The notes under the pieces are model-generated. The model saw only the letters and a list, made by a program, of their open reading frames with translations, searched no databases and had not been told where the DNA came from. Position numbers and translations under genes: made by a program. Below are positions 25,549-37,549 of a stretch of DNA of 64,000 nucleotides, piece by piece (position 1 is the stretch's first letter; the number at the start of each line of letters is the position of its first letter). Location: assembly GCA_964016885.1 (NCBI GenBank), contig OZ024743.1, positions 249,612,001-249,676,000 of the forward strand, in the 5' to 3' direction. The DNA comes from Eledone cirrhosa (Eukaryota).

Positions 25549-26145
25549 AAGCTAAAGTCGTTGTCAATATTCCTATCATATCTTTCTACCAAAGATGGTT
25601 CCTCGTGGCAACATTACAACTTCTAGATATATTTCTGCTAAACTAATGAATATACCCTCTTACGAGGTCATGAAAACGCTCTTGCGTGGTCACAAAGCGG
25701 AGTGGACATCAAGTTAGATATCAACATTTATTCTGTCCGTTTCATTAAAGGGAAAATTGGAAAGCTTTGAAATAATACAATTGCTACTTTCTTCCAGATA
25801 AGAGCACTCTTTGGATAGACAGAATTGCTCTTGTATAAATGTTCAAAATAGCTGCTATCGTCTGGTGGGAATATAACAAATTCAAGTGGTCCTAATTCAT
25901 AAAAAAGAACATTTATGTTCCTTTTTTTGAAATCTATATACTTCCTTTCAAGGAATGTATTTATACTTTCAACTGCCTGCAATGGTATCTTTGGAATATC
26001 GTTAATCATTTTTTTAGTAATCTACTGATATCAAAATCAGTAGTATATTGAAAAATGGAAAAAAAGGGTAGGGGGCGTTTCGTGATTTCGAAGGGGAAAA
26101 GGGGGCGTTTGGCCGAAATGGGTTGAGAACCTTTGGTATAGAACA

Positions 26146-26404
26146 TCCCTGTAAAGGTGTTATTGTACACAGAACATTGGTCATTAACAGGTTGAAGCAT
26201 CCATAAATATTCATTCTCTGTAAGATTAGCTGGAATTCTTGAAATGTTAAAATGCGGAGGGTAGCATATGAATGGGACATTAGCAGTGATGAATGACAAA
26301 CTCATTCCTGATAGCCCAAAAGAGAGATTTCCCAAGAAAAGAACACTGAACATTCTTTGCTGATAAAATCCAAAATTTCCAGCTAATACAAAATGTCTTT
26401 CCAT
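26146..26404 (-). pseudogene. SLC22/organic cation transporter-like N-terminal exon fragment
   Basis: MERHFVLAGNFGFYQQRMFSVLFLGNLSFGLSGMSLSFITANVPFICYP...DQCSVYNNT: G-x-F-G-x-Y-Q motif, TM1 and Cys-containing loop. Similarity stops at a transposon-like end near 26135. Confidence 0.55.
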
Positions 26405-26879
26405 GATGGGCAAAATAATGAACTTATTTTAAGGTTGATCATATCAAATTACTGTGACGTCAGTGAAGATAATGTAATTATTGTGGTAATTGCCAGGTTT
26501 CAAATTTAGATTGAATAATAAAGTGGGACAATTGGAAGTGATTAAAGCTATTTTTTATGAAAGTAGATTGATTAAAAAAAATACTTTTGAATGTACATGT
26601 TCTGCTTATTTCCTAAATGTATCACTAACTTTTTCCACACTTTAACCAAACCCTCCTCTATTTTGCATTATATAAACAGTGAGCAACTGCTTCTTTTAGA
26701 GGCTGGCAAATACAATCTATAAGTCTGTCTCTAATCTCCTTTGAGAATTGATTCCATAGTTCTACATTTGATATAATATATATATATATATATAAACCTG
26801 CCAATCCTTTGGGGCAGAAATCCTTCAAGTGGCTTTTGCTTCTACAAGTGTATCAAACAGTCTGCACCAATAGTTTGTA

Positions 26880-27285
26880 ATAATTGTTTCTACTTTTGGC
26901 ACAAGGCCAGCAATTAACCAGTGCATTACTGGTACTTTATTTTATCGACCCCGTAAGGATGAAAGGCAAAGTTAACCTCGGCGGGATTTGAACTCAGACC
27001 ATAAAGGGCCATAACTCTTTACTGCAAAGCACGGCGTCCGACCCTCTACCGATACTGCCAATCCAATAATTCTTTCTAACATTGGCACAAGGCCAGCAAT
27101 TTGTGGGAAGGAGAAATTTGATTATATCAACTCCAGTACATCAACTCCACAACTCTGGTACTTTATCTTATCGATCCAGGAAGAACGAATGGTAAAGTTG
27201 GCCTTGACAAGTTTTAGACAAAGAGCATAGAGATCTTAACTAGATACCATAAAGCATGGTCAGACGCTCTACTGATTCTGAAAGC
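26880..27285 (-). mobile_element. Two adjacent tRNA-type SINE copies
   Basis: Minus-strand A-box-like TGGCAGTATCGG and B-box-like GAGTTCAAATCC; (ATT)n tail. Confidence 0.8.
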
Positions 27286-27454
27286 CTAATACTGTCTTAA
27301 TTGAAGAGAAATTTAATGGTTAGGAAATGAAAATTCTCTCTTTAATTTATGTGATTAGATCACAACCCAATCTTGAAATGGTTTGCAGAATCCTATGTGA
27401 ACATATGGTACATTTTGTCTCAGGTTTAAAAAAGTATATATATACATTTATATG

Positions 27455-28115
27455 TATGTGTGAATATGTACGCACATACACACACACGCGCTCACAAACA
27501 CGCGCACACACACGTGCATACAAACGGGCGCATACACAAGTGCAGACAAGAGCACAAAGACACACAAAAGCGCACAAAAACACGCACATACACATGCATA
27601 CACACACAACCGGACACTAATGCGCACACAAATGCGCACGTACACACGCACACTACCACACATATGCACACACGCAGGTACACACGCACGCACACACACA
27701 TGCGCGCACACGCGCCCACACGTGCGCACACACACACACACACGCTCGCACTTACGCAACAACACACATACGCACACACATGCACAAACGCGCTCAACCA
27801 CATGCCCATGCACACACACACGCACAAAAAATGCGAGCACACACCCACGTACAAATGCGTGAACAAACGCGTGCACAGACATGCGCACAGAAACGCGCAA
27901 ACACACGCATGCACCCACGTGCACAAATACACGCAAACAGACGCGCACAAACGCGGGCACCCACGCGCTCACACACGTTAGCACCCTCGCGCTCACACAC
28001 GTACGCGCTCACATGCGCTCACACACGTGTGCACACATGCGCACACACAGCCGCGCACACACAAACGGGTACACGAACGCGTGCACAGACATACGAACAG
28101 AAACGCGCACACATT
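27455..28115. repeat. Cryptic degenerate (CA)n/(CACG)n low-complexity tract
   Basis: Directly visible; the His/Thr-rich and Cys/Val-rich ORFs are artefacts. Confidence 0.9.
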
Positions 28116-28421
28116 CATAATCTTACCTATTAAGTACGCTGAGATGCAACCGCTGCTAGCAAGGAAACCTTATACTAGTCCCGTCAATCTCTTATTATAT
28201 ATATATATATGTGTGTGTGTGTGGATAGATAGATTGATGGATGGATAGATAGACAGATATATGTACATATATAGATAGAGAGAGAGGGAGAAAGAGGAGA
28301 AGGGAGAGAGAGAGAGGGGGTGGTGCATATGTTAATGTCAAACCGTCACATTGTTCTGTCTTCTTGTTTTCTTCACGACTCAAAACCGAAGAATTCCTTT
28401 CAGAAGCTATTTATATTATCT

Positions 28422-29351
28422 ACTAGCAGTGGTACCCAGCGTTGCACGGGATAAGGTATTTTGGAATGCGGGGCACCAACAGACCTAATCGTGGAAAAAC
28501 TGCATGCCTGGACAATATGTAAAGAAAATAAACCGAATACTGTGATGGCTGGATAATCTTTAAGATTTTCCTCGATGAAGCAGGAAAAATGCAGGTTTTC
28601 ACCTAGGGGATCAAGAAAATAAATGTTTTATGTGCATAGTATGCCTTGACATTTCGGGAAAATCGGCTAGACGTAACGCCTCCAAAAAGCCCTAAGAAGC
28701 TGAAAAAATGAAGCTTTTCGCCTAATGCGGGCCCTAGGCCATAAAAAGTTGGATTTTCTTTGCTTACGGTATGAAGAAGAGACTGACATACATAGTTACA
28801 ATTTCAAGGAAATCGGTCTGACGTAACGCCTCAAAAAACCCTAAAAAGCTTAAAAAACGCAGGTTTTCACCTAATGCGGGTCCTAGGAGATCAAAAAGTT
28901 GAATGTTTTATGTGCATAACACTCCCTGAAAGAAGTAATACATATGTAAAGTTTGAAAAAAGTCGGTTGGGTACTTCTCGAATTTTAGGGATTCAAACTC
29001 AGACACACACACACACACACAGACAGACATCCTCAGGGAAGTGACGTAATGCAGACAACCAGACATACAGACAGATATTATAAGGGCGCGACGTTATATG
29101 TATGTATCTATCTAAAAAGAGAAAGACTAAAAATTATAGAGAGAGATCGCTAAATCGCCTAATGCGGTCCCTAGGGCATTGAAAATTTGAAATTTCTTTT
29201 GCTCAAAACACTCCCTGAAACATAAGTACACTCCTTGAAACATAAGTATTACATGTGTAAAGTTTGAAAACAGTCTGTTGGCTGCTTCTCGAGTTTTAGG
29301 GATTCAAACTCACACACACAGACAGACATCCTCAGTTTTATATATATAGAT
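28422..29351 (-). mobile_element. Non-autonomous Helitron with internal sub-repeats
   Basis: Minus strand starts aTCtatatata and ends cccgtgcaacgctggg (hairpin) taccactgCTAGt. Internal repeats of aaatcgg..gacgtaacgcctc..ccctaa. Confidence 0.7.
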
Positions 29352-29470
29352 GTCATAAATCTTATTAGAATCAGCCTAAAATATAACTTTGGAATGTGTG
29401 CAGGATAGCAATGGACATCCATCATTTCGACGAGGCATGCACTGTATGTGTGTGTGTACATTTTATAGAG

Positions 29471-29546
<76 letters not shown>

Positions 29547-29552
29547 TTATGT

Positions 29553-31075
29553 GTACAAGAGGGCTTCAAAAAGTTCGTGGAAAAAGGACAGTTGGAGAAA
29601 ACGATTTAAGTAATATTTATTTTTCAGCATATGCTCCATCTAGATTAATACACTTCTGCAAGCGCTGATACCAACTTTTCAGTCTGTAGCGCTCTCTAGA
29701 CAGGAAGTAGCTGGAGTTACTTCCCGTTGAGGTTCGAGAAACTTCTTTGTGACTTCCGTCCAGGGAACTATAAAGGAGAGAGCTGAAAGCTATCTCCCTC
29801 TCTTTTCATCTTTTGGTTGCCTGGCCTTTCGGCCAGGCGCGTTCCGCCGAAGGTATACCCTCTCGCTTCCTGACTGTGAAAAGGTAAACAACTAACTTTC
29901 TTTCGTCGTGAAATCACTAGCCAACATGTAACACAACAACTTAACCACGGTCTGGCAACATTTCCGCCAGTAGACCGTGCCTCCTGAATTCCTTAATTCG
30001 TTGTTTCATCTCTCTTGGCATGTCAGCTATTCAGCTCTACTCAGCTCAATCTTTGTAAATAAATATTGTACATACAACCCAGTGTCATGTTATAAGTCCA
30101 TATGTGTAAAACTGAGGTCTATGTGATTAAAACAATGTCAAAACAGCTTTACATCTTCAACTGATGGAAAGGGTACATTTCAATGATTTTTTTTCAGGTT
30201 TGTAAGTCGGGTGAAGATAAATCGGTACTGTAAGGTAGGTCTCAGATGATTTCCCATCGAAGTGTCTGCCGAAGACCGTGAGCAGGCGCATTGTCGTGGT
30301 TGAAGAGGACGCGCCGACGCAGCTTTCCCGGGCGTTTTTCCGCGATTTCTTCGCAAGTTTTCTCAAAACACCTGCATAATATGCAGCTGTAATTGTTCTC
30401 TTGTTCTCGAGGAAGTCAACTAACAAAATCCCCTCTGCATCATAGAAGACGGTGAACATGATCTTCACTCTTGAACGCTCGGATTTTGCCTTGACTGGCC
30501 TAATTCCACTCCCGGGCAGCCACTGCTTCGAATGAGTTTTGTCTTCGGGATCGTACTGGTAGAGCTACGTTTCATCCCCAGTGACAATTCCCTGCAGAAA
30601 AGCTTCAGGGTGTTCATCCCACTTATTCAAAATTTCCATCAAAAGATCTGCTGATCTGGGCGCGACAGCTTTGGGACCCATCGAGCGAAAACCCTGATCA
30701 GCTCCAAACTCTCCATCAGAATTGTGTGCGCAGAACCCACGGGGACGTTGAGTGTGTCAGCTACTGATTCGGTGATTATTCGCCTTTTCAAAAAGGTCGC
30801 AAACAGCATCGATATTTTCCACACAGACTGACATGGAGGGCTTGACACTGCGATGATCATTTTCAACCTCATCTCTTCAACTTTTCAAATGACACCCATT
30901 TGTAGGTAGTTGATTTCTTTGGGGCATTGTCTCCATAAACTTGCTTCAGGGCGTCAATGATTTGGCTCCTCTTCCACCCTAGCTTCGTCGTGAATTTGAT
31001 GTTTGTGCTGGCCTCAATTTTGATAGAGCGTTGTTGCTCGAGTGGGTGTTCACTCCCGACTCGCGGCGCCGCAAA
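29553..31075 (-). pseudogene. Decayed mariner transposase element interrupted by an LTR-like insert
   Basis: IKFTTKLG..IIDALKQVYGDNAPKKSTTYKW, ARWVPKL, VTGDET, KIMFTVFYDAEGILLVDFLE, HDNA. TIR-like end tacaagagggcttcaaaaagt at ~29554. Confidence 0.88.
29685..30075 (+). mobile_element. LTR-like insertion within the mariner element
   Basis: Starts TGT, shares a block with 25308-25548, and interrupts the mariner 3' coding sequence. Confidence 0.5.
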
Positions 31076-31077
31076 AA

Positions 31078-33900
31078 CAGATGCACACACACGCGCACAA
31101 CATTGCGCACACAAATGTACACACGCATGCGCACACACATGGGCAGACACATGCAGACACACGTGCGCCCGCATGCGCACACAATCACGCACACGCATGC
31201 GCACACAAATATGAACACAAACACACACAGAAACACGTACACATACACACACTTGCACATACACTCGAATTCACACGTACAATCACAAGCACACGAAAAT
31301 CACTACACACGCGCACAAAAGCGTTCAAAACTGCGCTCACAAAAGGTCACACAAATGTGAACCCAAAATCGTGCACAAAACGCAGAACCTTGCGCATAAA
31401 TATACACACACAAAAGAACACACATAAACAAACACACGCAAACACGCTCACAGAAATGCGCACAAATACACTCACACTAATGAACAAATACGGGCGCACA
31501 CACGCACACTCACAAACACACACATGCGCGCTCAGAATTGCGCATACACGCGCGCATACAAATACGCACAGAAACGCACTACGCACACACACACGTGCAT
31601 ACACACCTGCACAAACACGTGCACACACAAGCGCACAAAATCGTGCACACACGCACACACACGTTCTCAAAAACACAACCACACACGTGAACAAAGAATT
31701 GTGCAAAAACTCGCGTACAGAAAGCGCACACAAGCGAGTACACAAACGCACACATGCACACATACACATGCGCATCCGAACGTGAACATAAACGTACAGT
31801 CACGCGCACAAACACGCATACACAACCGCGCATATATGCGCATACACCTGTATATACACGCACAGACATATAAAAAAAACGCGCACACAAGTGCACAAAC
31901 GCACCAAACACGTGCACAAACGCGCGTACACACATGTACACACAAACGTGCACAGACACGCACATACAAGTCCACACACAAGCACATTCAACCGTAAATA
32001 TACATGCACACACATCTACACACACAATGGTACACAACCATTCTGATACGCACATGCACAAACACGCACACAATGATACACACAAATGAGCACACAAACG
32101 TGCTCTCAACCATGCACACGCACACACTCGTGCATACATACGCGCAAACACAAGTGCACACACATGCAATCACACGCGCTTACCCACACACATACATACG
32201 CACACAGGCGCACACACACGAGCAGACACATAGACAAACACTGGCGTACATGCACACACGACGGCAAATGCGCACACACAAGTGCACATAGTCACACACA
32301 CATACACGTACACCAGCACACATTCAAGCACACATGCGCATACAATGCAAACACAACTGCACACCCTCACGCACAAACAGACGCACACAATCGCGCACAC
32401 TCACACAAACATGCAAGCGCACAGACCACGCATACACATGCGCTCACACACGCATGCTGACACCCATTTGCACATACTCGCTCCTAGACATGCGCACACA
32501 ATCAAGCACAAAAAGCCGTATACAAGGTGCACACTGATGCTTAAACACGCGTACACAATCGCGCACACACATGTACATACACGCACACACATGACACAAA
32601 CATACGCGCTTACACACGAGGAAACACACGCACACATACGCATACACACGTGGAAAACAAGGCGCTCATACACACGCCTCCATGCACGCACTCACACACG
32701 CACACATTCATACACACGCATACACACACACACATACATATACACACACCACCGCACACACACGCTTGTGTGCAGCTGTATGTGTATGTACGCGCATCTC
32801 TCAGTTCGCGCGTGTTTGCGAGTGTGTGCGTGCATGTGTATATGTGTCGTTGTGTGGGTGGATGTGTACGAGTATGTGCATTTGTGTACACTTTTGTGTA
32901 CGCATTTGTGTGAGCGTGTATGTGCACAATTATATGCATGAGTGTGTGCGCATATATGTGCATGTGCGCGTTTATATGCATGTGTGCGCGAGTATTAATG
33001 AGCGGGTATTCGCGCGTGTATGTGCGTAATTACTGTTTGGCGCGTATGAGAGCATGGGTGCGCAGGTAAATGTGCGTGTGTGTGATTGTTTGTGTGTGTG
33101 TGCGCGTGTATGTGCGCGAGTGTGTGCTCATGTGTTTGGGAGCGTGTGTGCGCCTGTGAGAGCAGATGTGTGTGTCTGCCTTTGTGTGCACGTGTACTTG
33201 CGCGTATTTGCGTTTGCATGTGTTCCTGTTTGTGCGCAAGTCTGTTTGACCGTTTGTGTGCCATTATTTTGTGCGTGTGTGTGTGTGTGTGCCTGTGTGT
33301 GTGCTTGTGTGTGTGGGTGTGCGTGCATGCGTGTGCTTTTACGTGCGCATATGTGTGTACAAGTATGTATACGCGTGTGTGTGCATGTGTATGCGTGACT
33401 GTGGTCGCGTGTGTATGTGCACCTGTGTTTGCAAGTTTGTGTGCACGTCTTTTTGCATTCGTGTGTGTGATCGCGTGGGATTGCATCTGTGTGCGTATGT
33501 GTGTGCCCGTTTGTGTGCGCTTTTGTGCGTGCGTTTATGTGCGCTTTTGTGTGAAAGTTTGTGCACTTTTATGTGCTTATTTTGTGCGCGTGTGAGTTTG
33601 CGATTTTGTGCGCTTGTGATTGCTTCTGTGTGTGAGTGATTGTGCATGTGTGTGTGCGTGTATGTTGTCGCTAGTGTATTTGTGTGTGTGTGTGCACTTA
33701 AGTGTGTGTGTCTGGGCGCTTGTGTATATGTGGATGTGCGTGCACATGTGTGTTTATGAACGTGTGTTTGTGCGTATGTGTGTGCATATGTTTTTGTGTA
33801 TGTAATTGCTCGCTCTTTTGTGTGTGCGCGCGTGTGTGAGCATGTGCGGACGCACATGCACACACACACACGCACATACACATAAACACACATCAGCATA
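31078..33900. repeat. Cryptic degenerate CA tract switching to TG polarity at ~32763
   Basis: CA-rich 31078-32762, TG-rich 32763-33840. Confidence 0.9.
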
Positions 33901-34164
33901 CATTAGTCATTATTAATTCTAATCTTGCTAACTGCACTTCTGTACATGGCTAGTACTGCCCTCACATGCCGCTCATCTACTCCTAGTTTCCTAAGTGCCC
34001 ACCAGATTATGGAACAAAAGCTTTCTCCAAGTCACAAATGCCAAGTAGAGGGGTTTATTTTTAGCTATGTACTTTCAGTTGCCTCACAAAGAAGTGGACA
34101 TCCATGGTACTTTCAGCTAACACAAATCCAAACTGCATCTCATCTAGCTTAATTTGATCCCTAG

Positions 34165-34420
34165 TCAGTTGTACAATTACTTTTTTTTGTAATTTTTATG
34201 ACCTGGTCCCTCAGTTTGATACCTCGGTAGTTTCCTCTGTCTAGAGCATCACCTTTGCCCTTGTAGCAGTTTACAATAATACTGCTGTGTGACTCAATGG
34301 GTAGAGCAGCATTTTGTATTACTTGGTTTACAATATGGATGGTTATGGTATAGTCTACCATATCAGCTGGTTTCAGCATCTCAGCAACTATTCCCAATGG
34401 CCCTGCTACTTTACCTGTCT
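34165..34420 (-). pseudogene. RTE-type LINE RT fragment
   Basis: GKVAGPLGIVAEMLK...IVNCYKGKGDALDRGNYRGIKL. Confidence 0.8.
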
Positions 34421-34456
34421 CTATATAATATATTATATTATACATATTTGACGCGC

Positions 34457-34554
<98 letters not shown>

Positions 34555-34912
34555 ACACACACACACACACACACACTTATATATATATGCATATATATAT
34601 ATGTATATATATATAGTTTTGCGAGGTTTTTTATATGAAATCGTGTGTCGAAACAGATATTGTTATATTTGGGGAGGGTCATATTTGCGTAATATTGCCA
34701 GAATTAATAACAGAACACACTCACTGTTTGGTTGGTTTTCGCTTCTCGCTGTCTTTTATATATATATATCTGCGATCTAACTTACTCGGTAAGTTAGATC
34801 GCAGATATATATATATAGACTTACCTACGACACTGACTACCTAGACAGCCATGACCTTAGATGTTTCTGCCCTAGTAGACCTATAAGAGGTAGACCCCCC
34901 ACCATAACCTCA

Positions 34913-36364
34913 ATGGCTAAAAAGACTCCCATAGGAAGGTGGATTGGGTGGACCAAAGCTATACGGACCCCCCAAAACACTGATCAGGTAAGAAAAATGG
35001 TCGCACATGCAATAGGGGCTAGTATCAAAACTACCCTAAAGGGCCACATATTTAAGTTCAATGAGAAAATCTACACCCAAAATGAGGGAGCAGCCATCGG
35101 CGTCAGCATACCTGGCGATGTTGCCAACCTTTTCATGGTATGGTGGGAAAGGAGACTTAAAGATCTCCTTAATGAAAGCTCCATAGACCTCATCATGTAC
35201 TCTCGTTATGTAGACGATATCAATATAGTTATAAGAACACCCCCACTAGAGAGCACTAACAAGTTTGATTTAGAACGTAGCACGATGGAAAGCATCCAGC
35301 AGATAGCTAATTCCATACACCAGAGTATAACTGTAACTATAGACTTCCCTTCCAAACACCCTAACAATAGACTACCTGTATTAGACACAGAACTCTGGAT
35401 TAACACTATAGACGAGAGAGCCCAAATTCTCCACTCACACTATGCTAAACCCATGGCCTCCAAATACCTGATACTCAAAAACTCAGCAATGTCCAGTAGT
35501 GCTAAGTTTAATATTCTGATCGCAGATTTGGTACGAGTGATGAAGAATGTGTCCAGCATGTGCGACCCAACAGAAATGGAAGGACACATCCAACACTTCA
35601 TCAACCGCATGCAGTTCTCTGGCTACAACCAAAGAGACAGAGTCAGAGTATACGAAGGAGCCATGGAAAAGTATAAGACCCTCATAGAACTGGACATGAA
35701 AGGAATTTGCCCACTATACAGGAGCAAATCATGGAATAGCTTAGATAGGGCTAGACATAAGATAGGGAAGGCCACATCATGGTACGACAACCAGAGATAT
35801 CAGAGTGTCATGTTTGTGGACGCCACCCCTGGAGGGAAATTAGCTAACCAGTGTAGAAAGGCCCTGAGAAAGACCCACTTAAAAATAAAGGTGGTAGAAA
35901 AGCCAGGAACCACCATAAAATCCCTGATCAGCAAAACCTACCCTTTTAAGAAAACCCACTGTACCAATAGGAAATGTATCATATGTAAGGTGAACCCCCG
36001 GATAAACTGTAAAACTAGAAACGTAGTCTATAGCATAAGATGTACAGAGGGTACTTGCAGAAACACGACAACAACATACATAGGTGAGACAGCTCGTAGC
36101 ATAGGTGAAAGGATAGACCAACACTGGGGGGAACTAAAAGGACGAAAAAACGGGTCAGTACTATACGAACATGCTAGACAACATCATGACGGTAACATAG
36201 ACAACATAGAAATTAGAATAATATCTAAACATAGGAATGACCCAGCAGATAGGCAAATCAGAGAGGCCAGTGAAATAGAAATTAGAAGACCAAAGCTAAA
36301 CAGAAAGAATGAGTGGAACAACAACAACACCCAAACAAACAACACTGACCTAAGAGAAGTATAA
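34913..36364 (+). CDS. Penelope-like RT (C-terminal half), Cys linker and GIY-YIG endonuclease; 483 aa uninterrupted
   Basis: FKFNEKIYTQNEGAAIG, RYVDDI, LPVLD, HYAKP, C-x4-C-x2-C linker, NVVYSIRC...YIGETARSIGERIDQH...REASEI...LN. Neptune versus Naiad subclade not resolved. Confidence 0.88.
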   Translation: MAKKTPIGRWIGWTKAIRTPQNTDQVRKMVAHAIGASIKTTLKGHIFKFNEKIYTQNEGAAIGVSIPGDVANLFMVWWERRLKDLLNESSIDLIMYSRYVDDINIVIRTPPLESTNKFDLERSTMESIQQIANSIHQSITVTIDFPSKHPNNRLPVLDTELWINTIDERAQILHSHYAKPMASKYLILKNSAMSSSAKFNILIADLVRVMKNVSSMCDPTEMEGHIQHFINRMQFSGYNQRDRVRVYEGAMEKYKTLIELDMKGICPLYRSKSWNSLDRARHKIGKATSWYDNQRYQSVMFVDATPGGKLANQCRKALRKTHLKIKVVEKPGTTIKSLISKTYPFKKTHCTNRKCIICKVNPRINCKTRNVVYSIRCTEGTCRNTTTTYIGETARSIGERIDQHWGELKGRKNGSVLYEHARQHHDGNIDNIEIRIISKHRNDPADRQIREASEIEIRRPKLNRKNEWNNNNTQTNNTDLREV

Positions 36365-36636
36365 ATAAATAAGTAAATTAAATTAAATAAAATAAGATAA
36401 ATAAATACATACACAAGCACATAAACACACACTAGTCACCCAGCAGACACAACACTATACACACTAGTCACACATCACACATAACACTATACACACACGC
36501 AAACGCATGCGCAAAGAAGACAAAATAAAATAAGATAAACAAACAAGCAAATAAATAAAAAAATATATAGACAGACTGAACAAAAAAAATGGCGTAGACA
36601 TACAACACAACAGGAGGAACAATGAATATAACACCA

Positions 36637-36680
36637 CTGACGATGTTGCAGATGTGCAACGAAAGATTTATGTAAACTAT
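36637..36680 (+). ncRNA. Possible hammerhead core in the 3' UTR of the Penelope-like element
   Basis: CTGACGA-T-GTTGCA-GATG-TGCAAC-GAAA; stem II is perfect, stems I and III are ambiguous. Confidence 0.45.
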
Positions 36681-36904
36681 ATATATATGTGTTTGTCTAT
36701 ATTGTATCTGTATTATTTTTGACCGCCGGTCAGTCAATGGCAACATTGAGGACCGAGTAAGTTAGATCGCAGATATATATATATAAAAGACAGCGAGAAG
36801 CGAAAACCAACCAAACAGTGAGTGTGTTCTGTTATTAATTCTGGCAATATTACGCAAATATGACCCTCCCCAAATATAACAATATATATATATATGTATA
36901 TATA

Positions 36905-36951
<47 letters not shown>

Positions 36952-36954
<3 letters not shown>

Positions 36955-36989
36955 CAGACCCATGCTAGCGTGGAAAATGGACGTTAAAC

Positions 36990-37025
<36 letters not shown>
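36952..37025 (+). mobile_element. Extreme 3' end of an RTE-type LINE or SINE with (GAT)n tail
   Basis: cccatgctagcgtggaaaatggacgttaaac(gat)n resembles the end at 61160-61222. Confidence 0.55.
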
Positions 37026-37549
37026 ATATATATATATATCATTCACACACAGTAGTGTGTGAATAATATTCTTAAGGTCAACTTTTCCCAACGACAGCCA
37101 CTTCTAGGACTTGTCACTAATTTAGTTCTCAACCAAATTCGATCAGGTTTTTTGCACTAGAATGGACTCATCCCAGGCTACATTGTGGTATAAGGAAATT
37201 GAAATTTGGGTCAGTAGAAAAAAAGTTACGCTAAAATATGTGTGGTCAAGTAGTGGAGGATAAGACACCTCATTGACTTTAACTCATCATAACTTTTTAA
37301 TTTCGAATATAATTTCATGCTACTATAATTTCATGAACTCGATAAGCTGAATCGAAATTTGTGTGACTTTAAGTGACGAAATCAGATGAGAAATAACGCT
37401 AAGGGACATATCTCTAGTATAAATCCCTCGTAGCTGTACCATCGTAAAGTATAAATCCATCGTAAAGTAGTTTCCCTTAAGTAACTCAAATAAACATTAT
37501 CGAGAATTTCATCATATGATGCCAAAAGAACAGAAATTGGCATTAGTGG

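Larger units (their letters stand above)
34616..36885 (+). mobile_element. 5'-truncated Penelope-like element in (TA)n with inverted terminal duplication
   Basis: RT + GIY-YIG ORF. 34657-34790 is the reverse complement of 36752-36885. TA tracts on both flanks. Confidence 0.9.

Noticed and set aside
27327-33899. Many His/Thr-rich and Cys/Val-rich ORFs
   Set aside because: Products of degenerate CA/TG repeats.
36365-36750. SECIS element or selenoprotein recoding in the Penelope-like element
   Set aside because: No in-frame TGA in the visible ORF and no convincing SECIS fold by eye.
37028-37430. Possible Transib-like MITE fragment starting cacagtag
   Set aside because: No matching second terminus or TSD found.
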